NCBI GenBank assembly: GCA_963696395.1
Contig: CAVOJZ010000002.1
Span: forward strand, 848,619 to 912,618
Direction: 5' to 3'
DNA: 64,000 bases
Source: an uncultured bacterium
GTDB lineage: Bacteria; Patescibacteriota; Minisyncoccia; UBA6257; 2-01-FULL-56-20
The translations under genes were made by a program, and so were the position numbers. Shown one piece after another: positions 28,243-39,424 of this stretch (position 1 is the stretch's first letter; each line of letters opens with the position of its first letter). Below the pieces are notes generated by a model. That model was given only the letters and a program-made list of their open reading frames with translations. It made no database searches and was not told where the DNA came from.

Positions 28243-29331
28243 ATGAAAGACTATTACACCATTTTAGGCGTAACGCGAACGGCCACCGAAGATGAAATAA
28301 AAAAGGCCTATCGCAAACTTGCGCATCAATATCATCCCGACAAAGCCGGCGGCGACGAAACAAAGTTCAAAGAAATCAACGAAGCTTACCAGGTGCTTTC
28401 TGATAAGAATAAACGCGCCCAATACGACCGCTTTGGCAATGCCGGGCCGTCCATGGGCGGATTTCCGGGAGCGGGCGGAGGATTTCCCGAAGGTTTTGGC
28501 TTCGGCTTCGACCCTCAAAACATGGGCGACATGGGCGATCTTGGCGACATATTCGACAGCTTTATGGAGGGCCTCGGTATGCGTCAGCGTAGGAAGACCT
28601 ATGAAAAAGGTTCCGACCTCGAAGTTCAGGAAAATATCACTCTCGAAGAAGCATTCCGTGGTGTGACCAAAACGCTCCGGTTGCGGACGTTTATCCAATG
28701 TGCAAAATGCAGCGGAAAAGGCGCCGAACCCGGCAGCACGTTCGAGAAATGTTCGACGTGCGATGGCCAGGGCGAGATTCGCGAACAGCGGCGGACGTTC
28801 TTCGGCAGTTTTTCGCAGGTGAAGCTCTGCACAAAATGCCATGGGTCCGGCCAGATTCCCAAAAAGCCATGCGCTGTTTGCCGCGGAGCCGGGCGTATCG
28901 AGTCGCAAAGGGAAATTAAATTCGAAATTTTGCCGGGCATCGAAGACGGACAGCTCATCAAGATCAACGCCGCCGGAGAAGCGGGTGAACGTGGTGCGGC
29001 TGCCGGTGATCTCTACATCCGGATCCGTGTGCAGCCTCATTCGACGTTCGAACGCCACGGGCGGGATCTTCTCGTGCATCGGGAATTGAAGATTGTTGAT
29101 CTTTTGCTCGGGAAGAAATTGGAAGTGCCAACGGTTTCCGGCGGAAAGATTTCCGTTGAGATACCGGCAAATTTTAACTTGAAAGATCATTTGCGTATCC
29201 CGAGCGAGGGCATGCCACAGTTCGGTTCACGTTCGCGCGGGGATCTTTTGGTGAGCTTTATCATTAAAGCTCCAAAGCAGCCCGGTTCACGCGCGAAGAA
29301 GTTGCTCGAAGAATTGGAAAAGGAAATTTAG
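28243..29331 (+). CDS. dnaJ: Chaperone DnaJ
   Basis: J domain with HPD, G/F region, four CxxCxGxG repeats. Confidence 0.98.
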   Translation: MKDYYTILGVTRTATEDEIKKAYRKLAHQYHPDKAGGDETKFKEINEAYQVLSDKNKRAQYDRFGNAGPSMGGFPGAGGGFPEGFGFGFDPQNMGDMGDLGDIFDSFMEGLGMRQRRKTYEKGSDLEVQENITLEEAFRGVTKTLRLRTFIQCAKCSGKGAEPGSTFEKCSTCDGQGEIREQRRTFFGSFSQVKLCTKCHGSGQIPKKPCAVCRGAGRIESQREIKFEILPGIEDGQLIKINAAGEAGERGAAAGDLYIRIRVQPHSTFERHGRDLLVHRELKIVDLLLGKKLEVPTVSGGKISVEIPANFNLKDHLRIPSEGMPQFGSRSRGDLLVSFIIKAPKQPGSRAKKLLEELEKEI

Positions 29332-29335
29332 GGCC

Positions 29336-29605
29336 GTGAAACATTTGCATATTAAAATCTTCGGCCGCGTACAGGGCGTCAATTTTCGTAACTCCGCAAA
29401 GAAAGAAGCTGAAAAGCTCGGTATTATTGGCTATGCCCTCAACGAAGACGACGGGTCGGTTTTCATAGAAGCCCAGGGCGGAAGCGAAGCGCTGGATCAA
29501 TTTCTGGTCTGGTGCCATAAAGGACCCTGGCTCGCAAAGGTGGAAAAGGTGGAGCATTTCGAAAAAATGCCGGAAGAGCGCTTTGAGGATTTTAGCGTTC
29601 GATAA
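29336..29605 (+). CDS. acyP: Acylphosphatase
   Basis: GRVQGVNFR; GYA.N.DDGSV motif. Confidence 0.93.
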   Translation: MKHLHIKIFGRVQGVNFRNSAKKEAEKLGIIGYALNEDDGSVFIEAQGGSEALDQFLVWCHKGPWLAKVEKVEHFEKMPEERFEDFSVR

Positions 29606-29674
29606 TCATTTTTCAACACTCTTCCAGAGCGCCTGGTTTAGTGTTATCCTTAGGGAAATTCCATAATCTTTTCC

Positions 29675-30898
29675 ATGCGCCAATCAGAGCTATTCACCAC
29701 CGTAGAACATAATCCACCCAAAGACGAAACAACATTGAATGCCCAGCTTTTGGCGCGGGCGGGGTTCGTTTCGAAGCTCATGTCGGGAGTTTATAGTTAT
29801 CTTCCGTTGGGGCTTAAAACATTGCGGAAAATCGAGAATATCGTTCGTGAAGAGATGGACGCCGTTGGCGGGCAGGAAGTTCTCATGCCGATGCTCCACC
29901 CAAAACATAATTGGGTGACAACCGGAGGTTGGGATAAGATAGACGTCCTTTTCAAGTTAAAGAGCCGCACGGAAAAAGAATTTGCGCTCGGACAAAGCGA
30001 AGAAGAAGTTGTGACGCCGCTCGTTATGAAATACGCGACGACATACCGCGATTTGCCGAAAGCGGTTTACCAAATCGGTTGGAAGTTCCGGGACGAGCTT
30101 AGATCCAAATCGGGTCTGTTGCGCGGCGTGGAGTTCCTTATGAAAGATATGTATAGCTTCCATGAGACGCAGGAAGACTTCGATCGGTTCTATGCCACCG
30201 TCAAAAAGGCGTATTTTAAGGTGTATTCAAAGCTCGGCCTCACGGCAAAGGCCACGGAAGCCTCGGGCGGCGCATTTACCGAAAAAATTTCCTACGAGTT
30301 TATGGTGCTTACCGATGCGGGGGAAGATGACATCCTCTATTGCGACGCGTGTGATTTTTGCGTGAATGTTGAGATCGCAAAGGAAAAAGAAGGAGATGCC
30401 TGCACACGATGCAACAAGGGGAAACTCCAAAAAGCACGGGCATCGGAGGTCGGGAACGTCTTTGATCTCGGGCAGAAATTCACCAAAGATTTCGATTTAA
30501 CCTTCACCGATAAAGACGGAAAGAAACAATATCCAATTATGGGATGCTATGGCATTGGCATCTCACGCCTTATGGGTGTTATTGCCGAGAAATATAATGA
30601 TAAAAATGGTATACTGTGGCCGGAGTCAGTCGCTCCATTCAAGGTGCATTTGCTTGCTTTGAACGGTGCGGATGGCAACACAGCCTATGAGGCCTTGCAG
30701 AAAAAAGGCATCGAGGTACTCTTTGACGATAGAGAAATTTCCGCGGGAGCAAAGTTCACCGAAGCGGACCTCATCGGCATCCCATGGCGGATGGTCGTGA
30801 GTCCCAAGCTTGCGTCCGGCACCGTGGAAATTAAAAAGCGGAGCGAGCAGGAGGCAGAAGTGGTTGAGATCGACGAAGCAATTAAATTAATTAAATAA
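29675..30898 (+). CDS. proS: Proline--tRNA ligase, short form without editing domain
   Basis: KFRDE.R..GLLR..EFLMKD.YSF, MGCYGIG.SR, anticodon domain DDR..SAG.KF..ADLIG.P. Confidence 0.93.
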   Translation: MRQSELFTTVEHNPPKDETTLNAQLLARAGFVSKLMSGVYSYLPLGLKTLRKIENIVREEMDAVGGQEVLMPMLHPKHNWVTTGGWDKIDVLFKLKSRTEKEFALGQSEEEVVTPLVMKYATTYRDLPKAVYQIGWKFRDELRSKSGLLRGVEFLMKDMYSFHETQEDFDRFYATVKKAYFKVYSKLGLTAKATEASGGAFTEKISYEFMVLTDAGEDDILYCDACDFCVNVEIAKEKEGDACTRCNKGKLQKARASEVGNVFDLGQKFTKDFDLTFTDKDGKKQYPIMGCYGIGISRLMGVIAEKYNDKNGILWPESVAPFKVHLLALNGADGNTAYEALQKKGIEVLFDDREISAGAKFTEADLIGIPWRMVVSPKLASGTVEIKKRSEQEAEVVEIDEAIKLIK

Positions 30899-30911
30899 TT
30901 ATTAACGCTGG

Positions 30912-31955
30912 ATGGCACTTTTCGACTCAATATTTAAAGATATCGGCATTGACCTTGGCACGGCAAATTCGCTTATCTATGTGAAAGGGAAAGGCATATT
31001 GGTGAACGAACCGTCGGTCGCCGCGATCAATACAAAAACAAATCAGGTTGTTGCGGTAGGTGATGAAGCAAAAAAAATGCTCGGCCGCGTGCCGCCGCAT
31101 ATCAGCGTTGTGCGTCCGCTTGTGAACGGCGTCATTTCTGACTTTGAAATGACAGAAGAAATGTTGAGGCACCTTTTGAGCCGCCCAAAAGCGGGTTCAA
31201 TGATTTCATACCGCCGCGCCATTCTCGCTATTCCGAATAACCTTACGGAAGTCGAACGAAAATCAGTGGAAGATGCCGCGATCAACGCAGGTGTTTCGAA
31301 AGTGTATCTCGTAGAATCACCAACGGCCGCCGCGCTTGGGGCAGGGTTGCCGATTAATCTCCCGTCGGCCAGTTTAATCATAGACATCGGCGGTGGAACC
31401 ACGGATATTGCCGTGATTTCCATGGGCGGAACGGTTGTATCCCGGACGCTGAAAGTTGCCGGAGATCGTTTCAATGAGGATATTATCCGTTTTGTCCGCG
31501 ATGAGTTCCATCTTGCCATCGGTGAACCGACAGCGGAGTTCGCAAAAATTGCCGTGGGATCCGCGATGCCGCTCGATGAGCGCATGGAAGTCCCGATTCG
31601 TGGAAGAGATTTGAGCACGGGGCTTCCGAACGAGATCGCTCTCAAAAACAACCACGTACGTATGGCGCTTTCAAAATCACTCCGTGCAATCATAGATTCC
31701 GTCCATGAGGTTATTGAAGAGACGCCGCCGGAACTTTCGGGCGATATTTTGCAACAGGGGATTATGTTGTGCGGCGGCGGCGCTCTATTGCGCGGCCTCG
31801 ATGAACTGATTGAAAAAGAAACCAATGTTGCCGTGCATATTGCCGACGATCCATTAACGTGCGTTGTGCGCGGCCTCGGCCAGATTGTTGATAATCTCGA
31901 TGCGCACCGCGAGTTGCTTGATAATCCGCTTAAGCCGCTTTCTATAAATCTATGA
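30912..31955 (+). CDS. mreB: Rod shape-determining protein MreB
   Basis: IGIDLGTAN, DIGGGTTDIA, GGGALLRGLD. Confidence 0.96.
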   Translation: MALFDSIFKDIGIDLGTANSLIYVKGKGILVNEPSVAAINTKTNQVVAVGDEAKKMLGRVPPHISVVRPLVNGVISDFEMTEEMLRHLLSRPKAGSMISYRRAILAIPNNLTEVERKSVEDAAINAGVSKVYLVESPTAAALGAGLPINLPSASLIIDIGGGTTDIAVISMGGTVVSRTLKVAGDRFNEDIIRFVRDEFHLAIGEPTAEFAKIAVGSAMPLDERMEVPIRGRDLSTGLPNEIALKNNHVRMALSKSLRAIIDSVHEVIEETPPELSGDILQQGIMLCGGGALLRGLDELIEKETNVAVHIADDPLTCVVRGLGQIVDNLDAHRELLDNPLKPLSINL

Positions 31956-32635
31956 GACGGCGCAGGCTGACTCTCGGTATCCTTATCCTCATTCTTGTTT
32001 CGGCGATCATTTTTATGCCAGCCTACGGCTGGAAGTTGCGGCAGTGGCTTAGTCCTGCAGCCTCGGACGATGCCGCATCGGACGCGAGCGCTGAAAATCT
32101 TGCTGCAGAAAATGAAACGCTGAAAGCTCAGGTGGCGACGTATGCGACTGTTGAAGCGCAATTGCCGCAGACACCGGCGCACTATATCCGCGCGATGGTT
32201 TATTCGCGTTACCCGCTCAATTTTAAAAATGAAATATTAGTGAATGCCGGTTCCGAAGATGGCGTTGCGACCGGTACTGCGGTGATGTTTCAGGGAATGC
32301 TCATCGGCCGCGTTACCGGCATTTTTGCCCACGAAGCGATCGTACAGACCATTTTTGATCCTGGGTTTGTTATGCCGGTGCGGGTGAGCCCCTCGAGTTA
32401 TGATGGTCTTTTTGAAGGAGGATCATATCCAAAAGTCGGGTCGATCACGCGGACAGCAATTTTGCAGGCGGGTGATGTTATTTACGCAGCCGCTCCAGGG
32501 TTGCCATACGGCGCTCCGGTTGGAACCATATCTGCGACATCAACATCAGCCGACAGCTTATTTACGGAGGCATCGGTCGTTTTTCCATACGACCTGAACG
32601 AGATCCAAACCGTTCTGATCGCTCAGGCTCCATGA
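31952..32635 (+). CDS. mreC: Rod shape-determining protein MreC
   Basis: N-terminal TM, coiled coil L.AEN..LK, NAGS.DGV..G, LIGRV; follows mreB. Confidence 0.85.
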   Translation: MRRRRLTLGILILILVSAIIFMPAYGWKLRQWLSPAASDDAASDASAENLAAENETLKAQVATYATVEAQLPQTPAHYIRAMVYSRYPLNFKNEILVNAGSEDGVATGTAVMFQGMLIGRVTGIFAHEAIVQTIFDPGFVMPVRVSPSSYDGLFEGGSYPKVGSITRTAILQAGDVIYAAAPGLPYGAPVGTISATSTSADSLFTEASVVFPYDLNEIQTVLIAQAP

Positions 32636-33066
32636 TCAGATTTATCCTTGCATCACTTTTTCTCGCGCTCGCGATTGTTCTGCAGTTTTGGTTTGCATCG
32701 TTCGGTGTATATATCAACGTGATTCTTGCATCGCTTATGACGTTTGCATTTCTGTTCGACATTTGGGATCTTGTCATTTTTATTCTGGCCGCAATTTTTA
32801 TCATCAACTGGCAACCGACGTTCAGTTTGGAAATTGCATTATTCATCGCACTGCCACTCCTCGCCTATTCGATCAACCGATATTCTTCCACCGAACCGTG
32901 GGTGGCGAGCCTTACGAGCATTCTTGTCGGCCTTGTTATTCTCTATCTTGCGGTTGCACCGGGCCTTTTCTTTTCTGAGTGGAAGGTGTTTGTGACAGAT
33001 CTCCTTGCCTGCCTCATTTTTTCAAGCGTTGCGTTCGGAGCGCTTAACCGTCGCGAAAGTCGATAA
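32632..33066 (+). CDS. MreD-like membrane protein
   Basis: Highly hydrophobic 144 aa between mreC and pbp2. Confidence 0.55.
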   Translation: MIRFILASLFLALAIVLQFWFASFGVYINVILASLMTFAFLFDIWDLVIFILAAIFIINWQPTFSLEIALFIALPLLAYSINRYSSTEPWVASLTSILVGLVILYLAVAPGLFFSEWKVFVTDLLACLIFSSVAFGALNRRESR

Positions 33067-33075
33067 TCCAGGCCC

Positions 33076-34992
33076 ATGTCCCGCCCCGCGAGAAAATATA
33101 ACGACGTTGCATTTGAAGAATCTCTTGGTGACGATTGGGGTAAAGATCTCACCATGGTTGAGGTGCCGCTTGGGAATAAGCCGTTGTGGTCGCTTGGGGT
33201 CGTGCTGTTCATCGTCGGCCTTCTTATCGTTTCCCGCGTTGTCTTTCTGAATGCGGCCTCTGGCGCGTATTACTCCGGCCGTGCGGCTGCAAACGTTGCG
33301 CAATCGCAGGCAACTCCGGCTCCGCGAGGTGTTATTTATGACCGGGAAGGAGAGGCGCTTGTAAAAAACAACGCGGTTTTTGCGGCATATCTCGACCCGC
33401 ACCAATTTCTCACAAACCTCTCTGCGCAAGCGGGTACGATGCAGGGGATACAGAATATTTTCGGGATGTCGTCGGATACCGTTTGGTCAATGTTAAGCCA
33501 AAGTGAAGCGCAAGATTTTGCTGTGCCGATTGTTTTGAGCGATGACCTCACGCCGTCACAATTGGTGAACGTGCAAGCCATCAGCACGTCATATCCGGCA
33601 ATTCTGTTAAAGAGCGACTTCCAGCGGTCATATCCTGACGGCGCAATTTTTTCTTCGGTGTTGGGATATACCGGGCATGTAACTCAAGCCGATCTCGCAA
33701 ACAACCCGGATCTTACCGCGCAGGATTTTGTCGGCAAGGCTGGTATCGAAAAATATTATGACAGCACGCTTGAGGGCAGTCCGGGTGTGGAGGTGCAGTT
33801 TAAGAACGCACAAGGGCAGGTTTTGAAAGCGCAACAACAATCAAACCCGACGATCGGAAGATCAATTAATCTCACGATTGACGGTGGCTTGCAGACGTAT
33901 TTTTATAATCGTCTCGCATCCGGCCTCGCGGTGCTTGGGCGCCAGGTTGGCATCGGCCTTGCGATCAATCCTCAAAACGGACAGGTTTTGTCACTCATTA
34001 ACCTTCCCGGTTTTGACGGCAATGTTTTTTCGCACCCGGCGTCGAGCAGCGCCGAAATACAAAACTTGTTGACGTCTTCCGACCGGCCGCTTTTTGATCG
34101 CGTTGTTTCCGGTTTTTATAACCCCGGTTCCACCATTAAACCGCTCGACGCCGTAGCCGTTTTAAAAAACGGGATCGTCGATCCGAATCGCGAGATATAT
34201 TCGGCGGGATACATCATGGTACCGGATCCTTATAATTCTTCCACTCCAAAAAAATATATGGACTGGCGATATCAGGGGAATGTAAATCTGGCATCGGCGC
34301 TCGCGCAATCGTCAGACGTGTATTTTTATGTTGTCGTCGGCGGATCGCCGGTTTCAACGCCGATGCTGAATGACCCGAGCGATTACGGCATTGCAGGGCT
34401 CGGCATTGATCAGCTCCATTCTTGGTGGGAACAATTCGGGCTTGGCAAAGTCACCGGCATAGACCTGCCCGGCGAGGCGGAAGGTTTTTTACCAACGCCC
34501 CAATGGAAGCAGCAAAAGATGGGAACGCCATGGCTTCTGGGGGACACCTATAACGTGGCAATCGGACAAGGGGACTTACTGGTCTCTCCACTCCAGCTTT
34601 TGAGCTATATCGACGCAATCGCGAACGGAGGAACCATTTATCGTCCCTATCTGAATATGAGTTCGACGCCGGTTGTAAACGAGGATCTCACTTCGCTCCT
34701 TCCGCAAATTCAGGATGTTCAGGAAGGTATGCGCGAAGGGGTAACGTCGCCTCTCGGCACGGCGTATACCTTGCATGATCTCCCGTTTTCCGTTTGTGCT
34801 AAAACCGGCAGCGCTCAAGTGCAGAACAACCAACAGGAGAATGCCTTATTCGTCGGCTATGCGCCATGCGACAATCCTCAAATCGCTTTGCTCATCCTCA
34901 TCGAAAATTCAAAACAAGGAAGCTTGAATGCCGTTCCAATCGCCAAAGATGTCCTGAACTGGTATTATGAAAACAGGCTAACGAGCCATTAA
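33076..34992 (+). CDS. mrdA: Penicillin-binding protein 2 (class B transpeptidase)
   Basis: APRG.IYDR, PGSTIK (SxxK), SSD (SxD), KTGSA. Confidence 0.9.
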   Translation: MSRPARKYNDVAFEESLGDDWGKDLTMVEVPLGNKPLWSLGVVLFIVGLLIVSRVVFLNAASGAYYSGRAAANVAQSQATPAPRGVIYDREGEALVKNNAVFAAYLDPHQFLTNLSAQAGTMQGIQNIFGMSSDTVWSMLSQSEAQDFAVPIVLSDDLTPSQLVNVQAISTSYPAILLKSDFQRSYPDGAIFSSVLGYTGHVTQADLANNPDLTAQDFVGKAGIEKYYDSTLEGSPGVEVQFKNAQGQVLKAQQQSNPTIGRSINLTIDGGLQTYFYNRLASGLAVLGRQVGIGLAINPQNGQVLSLINLPGFDGNVFSHPASSSAEIQNLLTSSDRPLFDRVVSGFYNPGSTIKPLDAVAVLKNGIVDPNREIYSAGYIMVPDPYNSSTPKKYMDWRYQGNVNLASALAQSSDVYFYVVVGGSPVSTPMLNDPSDYGIAGLGIDQLHSWWEQFGLGKVTGIDLPGEAEGFLPTPQWKQQKMGTPWLLGDTYNVAIGQGDLLVSPLQLLSYIDAIANGGTIYRPYLNMSSTPVVNEDLTSLLPQIQDVQEGMREGVTSPLGTAYTLHDLPFSVCAKTGSAQVQNNQQENALFVGYAPCDNPQIALLILIENSKQGSLNAVPIAKDVLNWYYENRLTSH

Positions 34993-34994
34993 CG

Positions 34995-36008
34995 ATGTCA
35001 GAATTACGGCAAGATATAATTTCAGGCGATTGGGTGATTCTTGCACCCGGACGCGCGGCCCGACCGCAATTTTTGGATGCAAAAAAGGCGCCGCGGAAAC
35101 CCCAGCCAAAAAACGCATGCCCGTTCGAAGACTTAAAGAAATCCGAAAACTGGCCGCCGGTTTTCACGTATCCCGAAAAAAATATTTTGGATGGCAAATG
35201 GAAGATTGCGGTCGTCCACAACAAATATCCCGCGCTTATGCCGAGCAATGTTTGTTCCGTGAAATTCGAAGACGGCATGTATCACGGGAAAACAGGCGTC
35301 GGTTCACATCAATTGATCATCACCCGCGACCATAACAAAAATTTTGCCGATCTGAGTCCGGAAATGGCTACGAAGGTTTTCGAAATAATTCAGGCCTGCC
35401 ACGTGATGGCCGGAAAGGATAAGTGTGCGGAATACGTTTCATCGTTTCTCAACTGGGGAGTGTCGTCAGGCGCTTCGATCGCGCATCCCCATTATCAGGT
35501 TCTCACCCTGCCGATCGTGCCGGTGCATGCAATCAATTCGCTCCGGGGTGCGCATAAATATTATGCTAAGCATCACCGTTGCATCCGTTGCGATATCATC
35601 AAAAACGAAAAGAAAAGCAGGGCAAGGGTCATAGAAGAAAATGCCGAGGCGATTGCGATCGCGCCGTACGCATCAAAATATCCACTCGAGGTTTCAATCC
35701 TACCCAAGAAGCATATATCGTCATTCAGGAATGCTCCGCCCGCGGTTGTGAAAGGTGTTGCGTTGCTCCTGCAGTCGGTGATGAAGCGCATCAAGAAATA
35801 TGCCAACGATCCCGATTTGAATTTCTATGTTCATGACGCCCCGCTCAGCCAGGGAAATTATCGTCGCAGGGATTATCAGTATCACCATTGGCACGTTGAA
35901 GTCGTTCCGAAGATTTCCACGACAGCCGGTTTTGAACTTTCAACCTGGATCGATATCAACACGCTCGACCCGGACCACGCGGCTGCTATCTTGCGCGGTG
36001 AGCAATGA
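34995..36008 (+). CDS. galT: Galactose-1-phosphate uridylyltransferase family protein
   Basis: SELRQD..SGDWVI, CPFE, NKYPA, GASIAHPHYQ. Confidence 0.85.
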   Translation: MSELRQDIISGDWVILAPGRAARPQFLDAKKAPRKPQPKNACPFEDLKKSENWPPVFTYPEKNILDGKWKIAVVHNKYPALMPSNVCSVKFEDGMYHGKTGVGSHQLIITRDHNKNFADLSPEMATKVFEIIQACHVMAGKDKCAEYVSSFLNWGVSSGASIAHPHYQVLTLPIVPVHAINSLRGAHKYYAKHHRCIRCDIIKNEKKSRARVIEENAEAIAIAPYASKYPLEVSILPKKHISSFRNAPPAVVKGVALLLQSVMKRIKKYANDPDLNFYVHDAPLSQGNYRRRDYQYHHWHVEVVPKISTTAGFELSTWIDINTLDPDHAAAILRGEQ

Positions 36009-36352
36009 TCAAGAAAATCATACAGCATCGTATCGTTGCAACTCTTTCCGCTTCCGCAATCGCTTTTGTAATTGGCGGGTTTGCCTGGATTATGATCGCA
36101 ATCAACCGGCTCGACGCGAGCGGACCTTTCATCCTTCATTTTAACGACATGGCCGGCATCACGTCCGTAGGGGATCTGAGCGTGATCGTATTTATGGGTA
36201 TTTTCGGTATCGTTGCCACCGTCATGAGTTTTTTTGTATCGCTCGAGCTCGATGAGCGAGATCCGTTTCTCGGCAAAATTATGGCGGGGGGAGGCCTCAT
36301 TTTTGCCATCTTGCTTTTTATCGCCTTTGCCTCTATACTAAACGTCAATTAA
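36005..36352 (+). CDS. Small 3-TM membrane protein (DUF1648-like)
   Basis: ILHFN..GI motif between TM segments. Confidence 0.6.
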   Translation: MIKKIIQHRIVATLSASAIAFVIGGFAWIMIAINRLDASGPFILHFNDMAGITSVGDLSVIVFMGIFGIVATVMSFFVSLELDERDPFLGKIMAGGGLIFAILLFIAFASILNVN

Positions 36353-36356
36353 AGCC

Positions 36357-36659
36357 ATGGCTGATTTCGCAATCATCAAGACCGGCGGAAAGCAATACAA
36401 GGTTTCCGAGGGTCAAAAGATTAAAGTGGAAAAACTCGAACCGAAGGGCGATACGGCCGCTTTCGAAGTCTTGTTGCGCTCGGTTGGGGGTAAGGTTGAA
36501 ATCGGCAAGCCGACGCTTCCGGCAGCCGCCCAGGGCCGGTTTATCGGCAACGGACGCGGCGAAAAGAAGATCATTTTCAAATATCATTCAAAGACCCGCC
36601 AACGCAAAAAGAAGGGACATCGGCAGGAATATACCGAAATCGAGATAGTAAAGATATAG
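36357..36659 (+). CDS. rplU: 50S ribosomal protein L21
   Basis: AIIKTGGKQYKV, KGHRQ.YT. Confidence 0.96.
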   Translation: MADFAIIKTGGKQYKVSEGQKIKVEKLEPKGDTAAFEVLLRSVGGKVEIGKPTLPAAAQGRFIGNGRGEKKIIFKYHSKTRQRKKKGHRQEYTEIEIVKI

Positions 36660-36722
36660 GGATCCGGATTGCCGGGTCCTTTTTTTGGCGCATAGGGTGT
36701 ATAATGCGTCTGAACATAATTC

Positions 36723-37859
36723 ATGGAAAAAATTTACGAAGAATCTCTTGAGTTACATAAAAAGCATCACGGAAAGCTCGAAGTGCACAGCAAGGTGCCG
36801 ATTGAAACCCGGAATGATCTATCGCTTGCGTATACGCCGGGTGTTGGCCAGGTGAGCATTGAAATCGGCAAAGACCCGGCGCTCGCGCGGGAGTATACCC
36901 TCAAGCGCAATACCATCGGCATAGTTTCGGACGGGTCGGCTATCCTGGGTCTCGGCAATTTGGGCGCCGAAGCTGCCATTCCCGTGATGGAAGGCAAAGC
37001 GGTGCTTTTTAAAAAATTTGCCGATGTTGATGCATTTCCAATTTGCCTTGCTACGCAGGATGTTGATGAAATTGTGGAGACCGTAAAAAGGATCGCCCCT
37101 GTTTTTGGCGGAATCAACCTCGAGGATATTTCCGCGCCGCGATGTTTTGAGATTGAGAGGCGATTGCAGGAAGAGCTTACCATTCCCGTGATGCACGACG
37201 ATCAGCACGGCACCGCCGTGGTTGTTCTGGCCGGCCTTATAAACGCGCTTACGCTAAAGAAAATGCCCAAAGCGAATGCACGCGTTATGGTGAACGGAGC
37301 CGGCGCGGCGGGAACCGCCGTCACTAAATTACTTTTAGAATATGGCATCCGCGACATTGTGGTTTGCGACAGCAAGGGTGCCATTGATAAGAATCGCAAA
37401 GATTTAAATGATGAGAAAATAGAACTCGCCGGGATAACGAATCCACGCGGTGTGAGCGGCGGCCTCGCGGACGTAATAAGAGAAGCCGATGTATTCATCG
37501 GTCTCAGCAAAGCGGGAGTCCTTACCGAAGCCATGGTCATGTCCATGCGTAAAGGCCCGATAGTTTTTGCCCTCGCGAATCCAGTCCCCGAGATAATGCC
37601 CGATAAGGCAATTCACGCAGGAGCATTTGTTGTTGCGACCGGCCGTTCGGATTTTCCAAATCAAATCAATAACGTCCTCGCGTTCCCGGGGATTTTTCGC
37701 GGAGCTCTCGACCACGGCATCCGCCAGTTTACATCGGCTATGTTTATTGATGCCGCCAAGCGACTGGCCGCTTGCGTTAAAGAGCCCAAGCCCGATCTCA
37801 TTTTCCCGAGCGTTTTTAATCTTTCCGTTGTCTCCGCGGTTAAGGAAGCAATCAGATAG
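36723..37859 (+). CDS. NAD(P)-dependent malic enzyme
   Basis: LSLAYTPGV, PVMEGKA.LFK, NLEDI.AP.CF, HDDQHGTA, GAGAAG, ANPVPEI, TGRSDFPNQINN. Confidence 0.94.
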   Translation: MEKIYEESLELHKKHHGKLEVHSKVPIETRNDLSLAYTPGVGQVSIEIGKDPALAREYTLKRNTIGIVSDGSAILGLGNLGAEAAIPVMEGKAVLFKKFADVDAFPICLATQDVDEIVETVKRIAPVFGGINLEDISAPRCFEIERRLQEELTIPVMHDDQHGTAVVVLAGLINALTLKKMPKANARVMVNGAGAAGTAVTKLLLEYGIRDIVVCDSKGAIDKNRKDLNDEKIELAGITNPRGVSGGLADVIREADVFIGLSKAGVLTEAMVMSMRKGPIVFALANPVPEIMPDKAIHAGAFVVATGRSDFPNQINNVLAFPGIFRGALDHGIRQFTSAMFIDAAKRLAACVKEPKPDLIFPSVFNLSVVSAVKEAIR

Positions 37860-37872
37860 CGGCAAACTTATC

Positions 37873-39411
37873 TTAATTGATCGTAAAGATTGAACTGCTT
37901 GGCGTGCCCAATGGAATCTGATCGGCTTGATCCGGCAACAGATAATGAATGTTGTGCTCGGTTTGGCCTTGTGCTGTGAACGAATCGGTGATGAACATGG
38001 TGGTTTCTGCGGGAACCGGAATGCCGCGAGCCAGAACGCCGCCGGCAGTCACGACCACATATTTCGGCGTGTTCAACGGAAGCGCGTTTATTGCCCGCCC
38101 GATCTCCACATAATTCTCGTTAAATGCTCCTGGGACATTCGGATTGTCCGCCCAGACAATAAAATAATCGGTGTAACCAACCGTGCCCACAAGAAGAATA
38201 AAGACTACGCCGACAAAAAGCGCAAATTTTTTATTGGCACGCTTCATCACGCCGTATAGCCACATGCCGGCAATTGCGGCAAAAATCAACGCGGGCGGCA
38301 GCATTAATAAGGAGCGGAGCGCATGCGGAATACCTTCGTCGGATGCCGCGGCGGGAATGGATGCAAAGATAAACCAAAGAAACGTAAGCAGTAAGCCGAA
38401 GGAGGAAAGGGATAAAAGAAAATTATTCTCTATCGCATTTTGAACTGCGCCTTTGCGCCGGCGCCATTTTTTCTGCAAGGTGTATATTCCCAAAATGATG
38501 CCCAATAAAAACAGGATGCCAACCGGCCAGAAAAGTTCAGGCGCACCGCTGATGTTTTGCCGCCAATTACTGTCTCCCCGGAAATTGAATTCAAGGGCCG
38601 TTTTCAAAAGATTGACGCCGAACTCGCGAACCGGATTGGCGTTATTCGTGACTGAGATTTCCGCGGTTCGTCCGAAGAAATCAGCTGGATGTGTGGCAAA
38701 GTAATAGCCGATCGGCGCGGCGACAATGAAGATGGCGACGATGAAAACAGCGGCACGCTTCCAGAATCCTGGATTTTTTCTAAAAAAAGGAATGAAAAGC
38801 AAAAAGATGAGTGGGGTAATACGGAAGGCGATGTATGTATAGAAGCCGAGACCGTAGATAATGCCCGCGAGGATCGCGTAGAACCAGGGAGATTTAAAGC
38901 ACGACCAAAATGACGCGTGGCCAATGGCGGTGCTGGATTTGCCGGAGCGGATCGCTTTTATAAACAGATAGAGCGCCCACGTGAGCAGGAGCGGTGCCAT
39001 AATCGCGCGGAAGCCGATGCGCGAGAAATTTATATGCCAAAAACTGGTCGCCAATAAAAACGCCGCGAGCAGGCCGATCTCATAACCGAAAAGCTCCGCA
39101 ACCAACAGATAAAGGGCGAGCACCGTGAGAACGCCGGAGATTGCCGCCGGCAAGCGAATCACCCACGGTTCATAAATCGGCCAGACTTTCAGGAAGACCG
39201 CGATGACATTCACGTATAAACCTTCGCGCCCATTGTCCTCGGGATAAAAAACCTGGAAGTGCCCGGTCTGTGCCACCTCCGTTGCGTTGTTCCCGTCCAT
39301 CGCTTCATCGGGATAGAGCCCCGGGGGCGTGGACGTTAAATGGTAGAAGCGCAGGAAGGTTGCTATAATGAGGATACCGGCAAGAAGCCAAACCCGGGTG
39401 GACTTGCTCAT
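37873..39411 (-). CDS. GT-C glycosyltransferase family 39 / ArnT-like
   Basis: LRFY.L...PPGLYPDEA, WHINFSRIGFR, many TMs; ATG 39411 preferred. Confidence 0.88.
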   Translation of the reverse strand: MSKSTRVWLLAGILIIATFLRFYHLTSTPPGLYPDEAMDGNNATEVAQTGHFQVFYPEDNGREGLYVNVIAVFLKVWPIYEPWVIRLPAAISGVLTVLALYLLVAELFGYEIGLLAAFLLATSFWHINFSRIGFRAIMAPLLLTWALYLFIKAIRSGKSSTAIGHASFWSCFKSPWFYAILAGIIYGLGFYTYIAFRITPLIFLLFIPFFRKNPGFWKRAAVFIVAIFIVAAPIGYYFATHPADFFGRTAEISVTNNANPVREFGVNLLKTALEFNFRGDSNWRQNISGAPELFWPVGILFLLGIILGIYTLQKKWRRRKGAVQNAIENNFLLSLSSFGLLLTFLWFIFASIPAAASDEGIPHALRSLLMLPPALIFAAIAGMWLYGVMKRANKKFALFVGVVFILLVGTVGYTDYFIVWADNPNVPGAFNENYVEIGRAINALPLNTPKYVVVTAGGVLARGIPVPAETTMFITDSFTAQGQTEHNIHYLLPDQADQIPLGTPSSSIFTIN

Positions 39412-39424
39412 AAATTTATTATAC

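Noticed and set aside
31043-32182. Long antisense ORFs (also 8531-9394, 21871-22782, 28264-29190, 55025-55777)
   Set aside because: Shadows of well-supported genes, with no recognisable motifs or start signals
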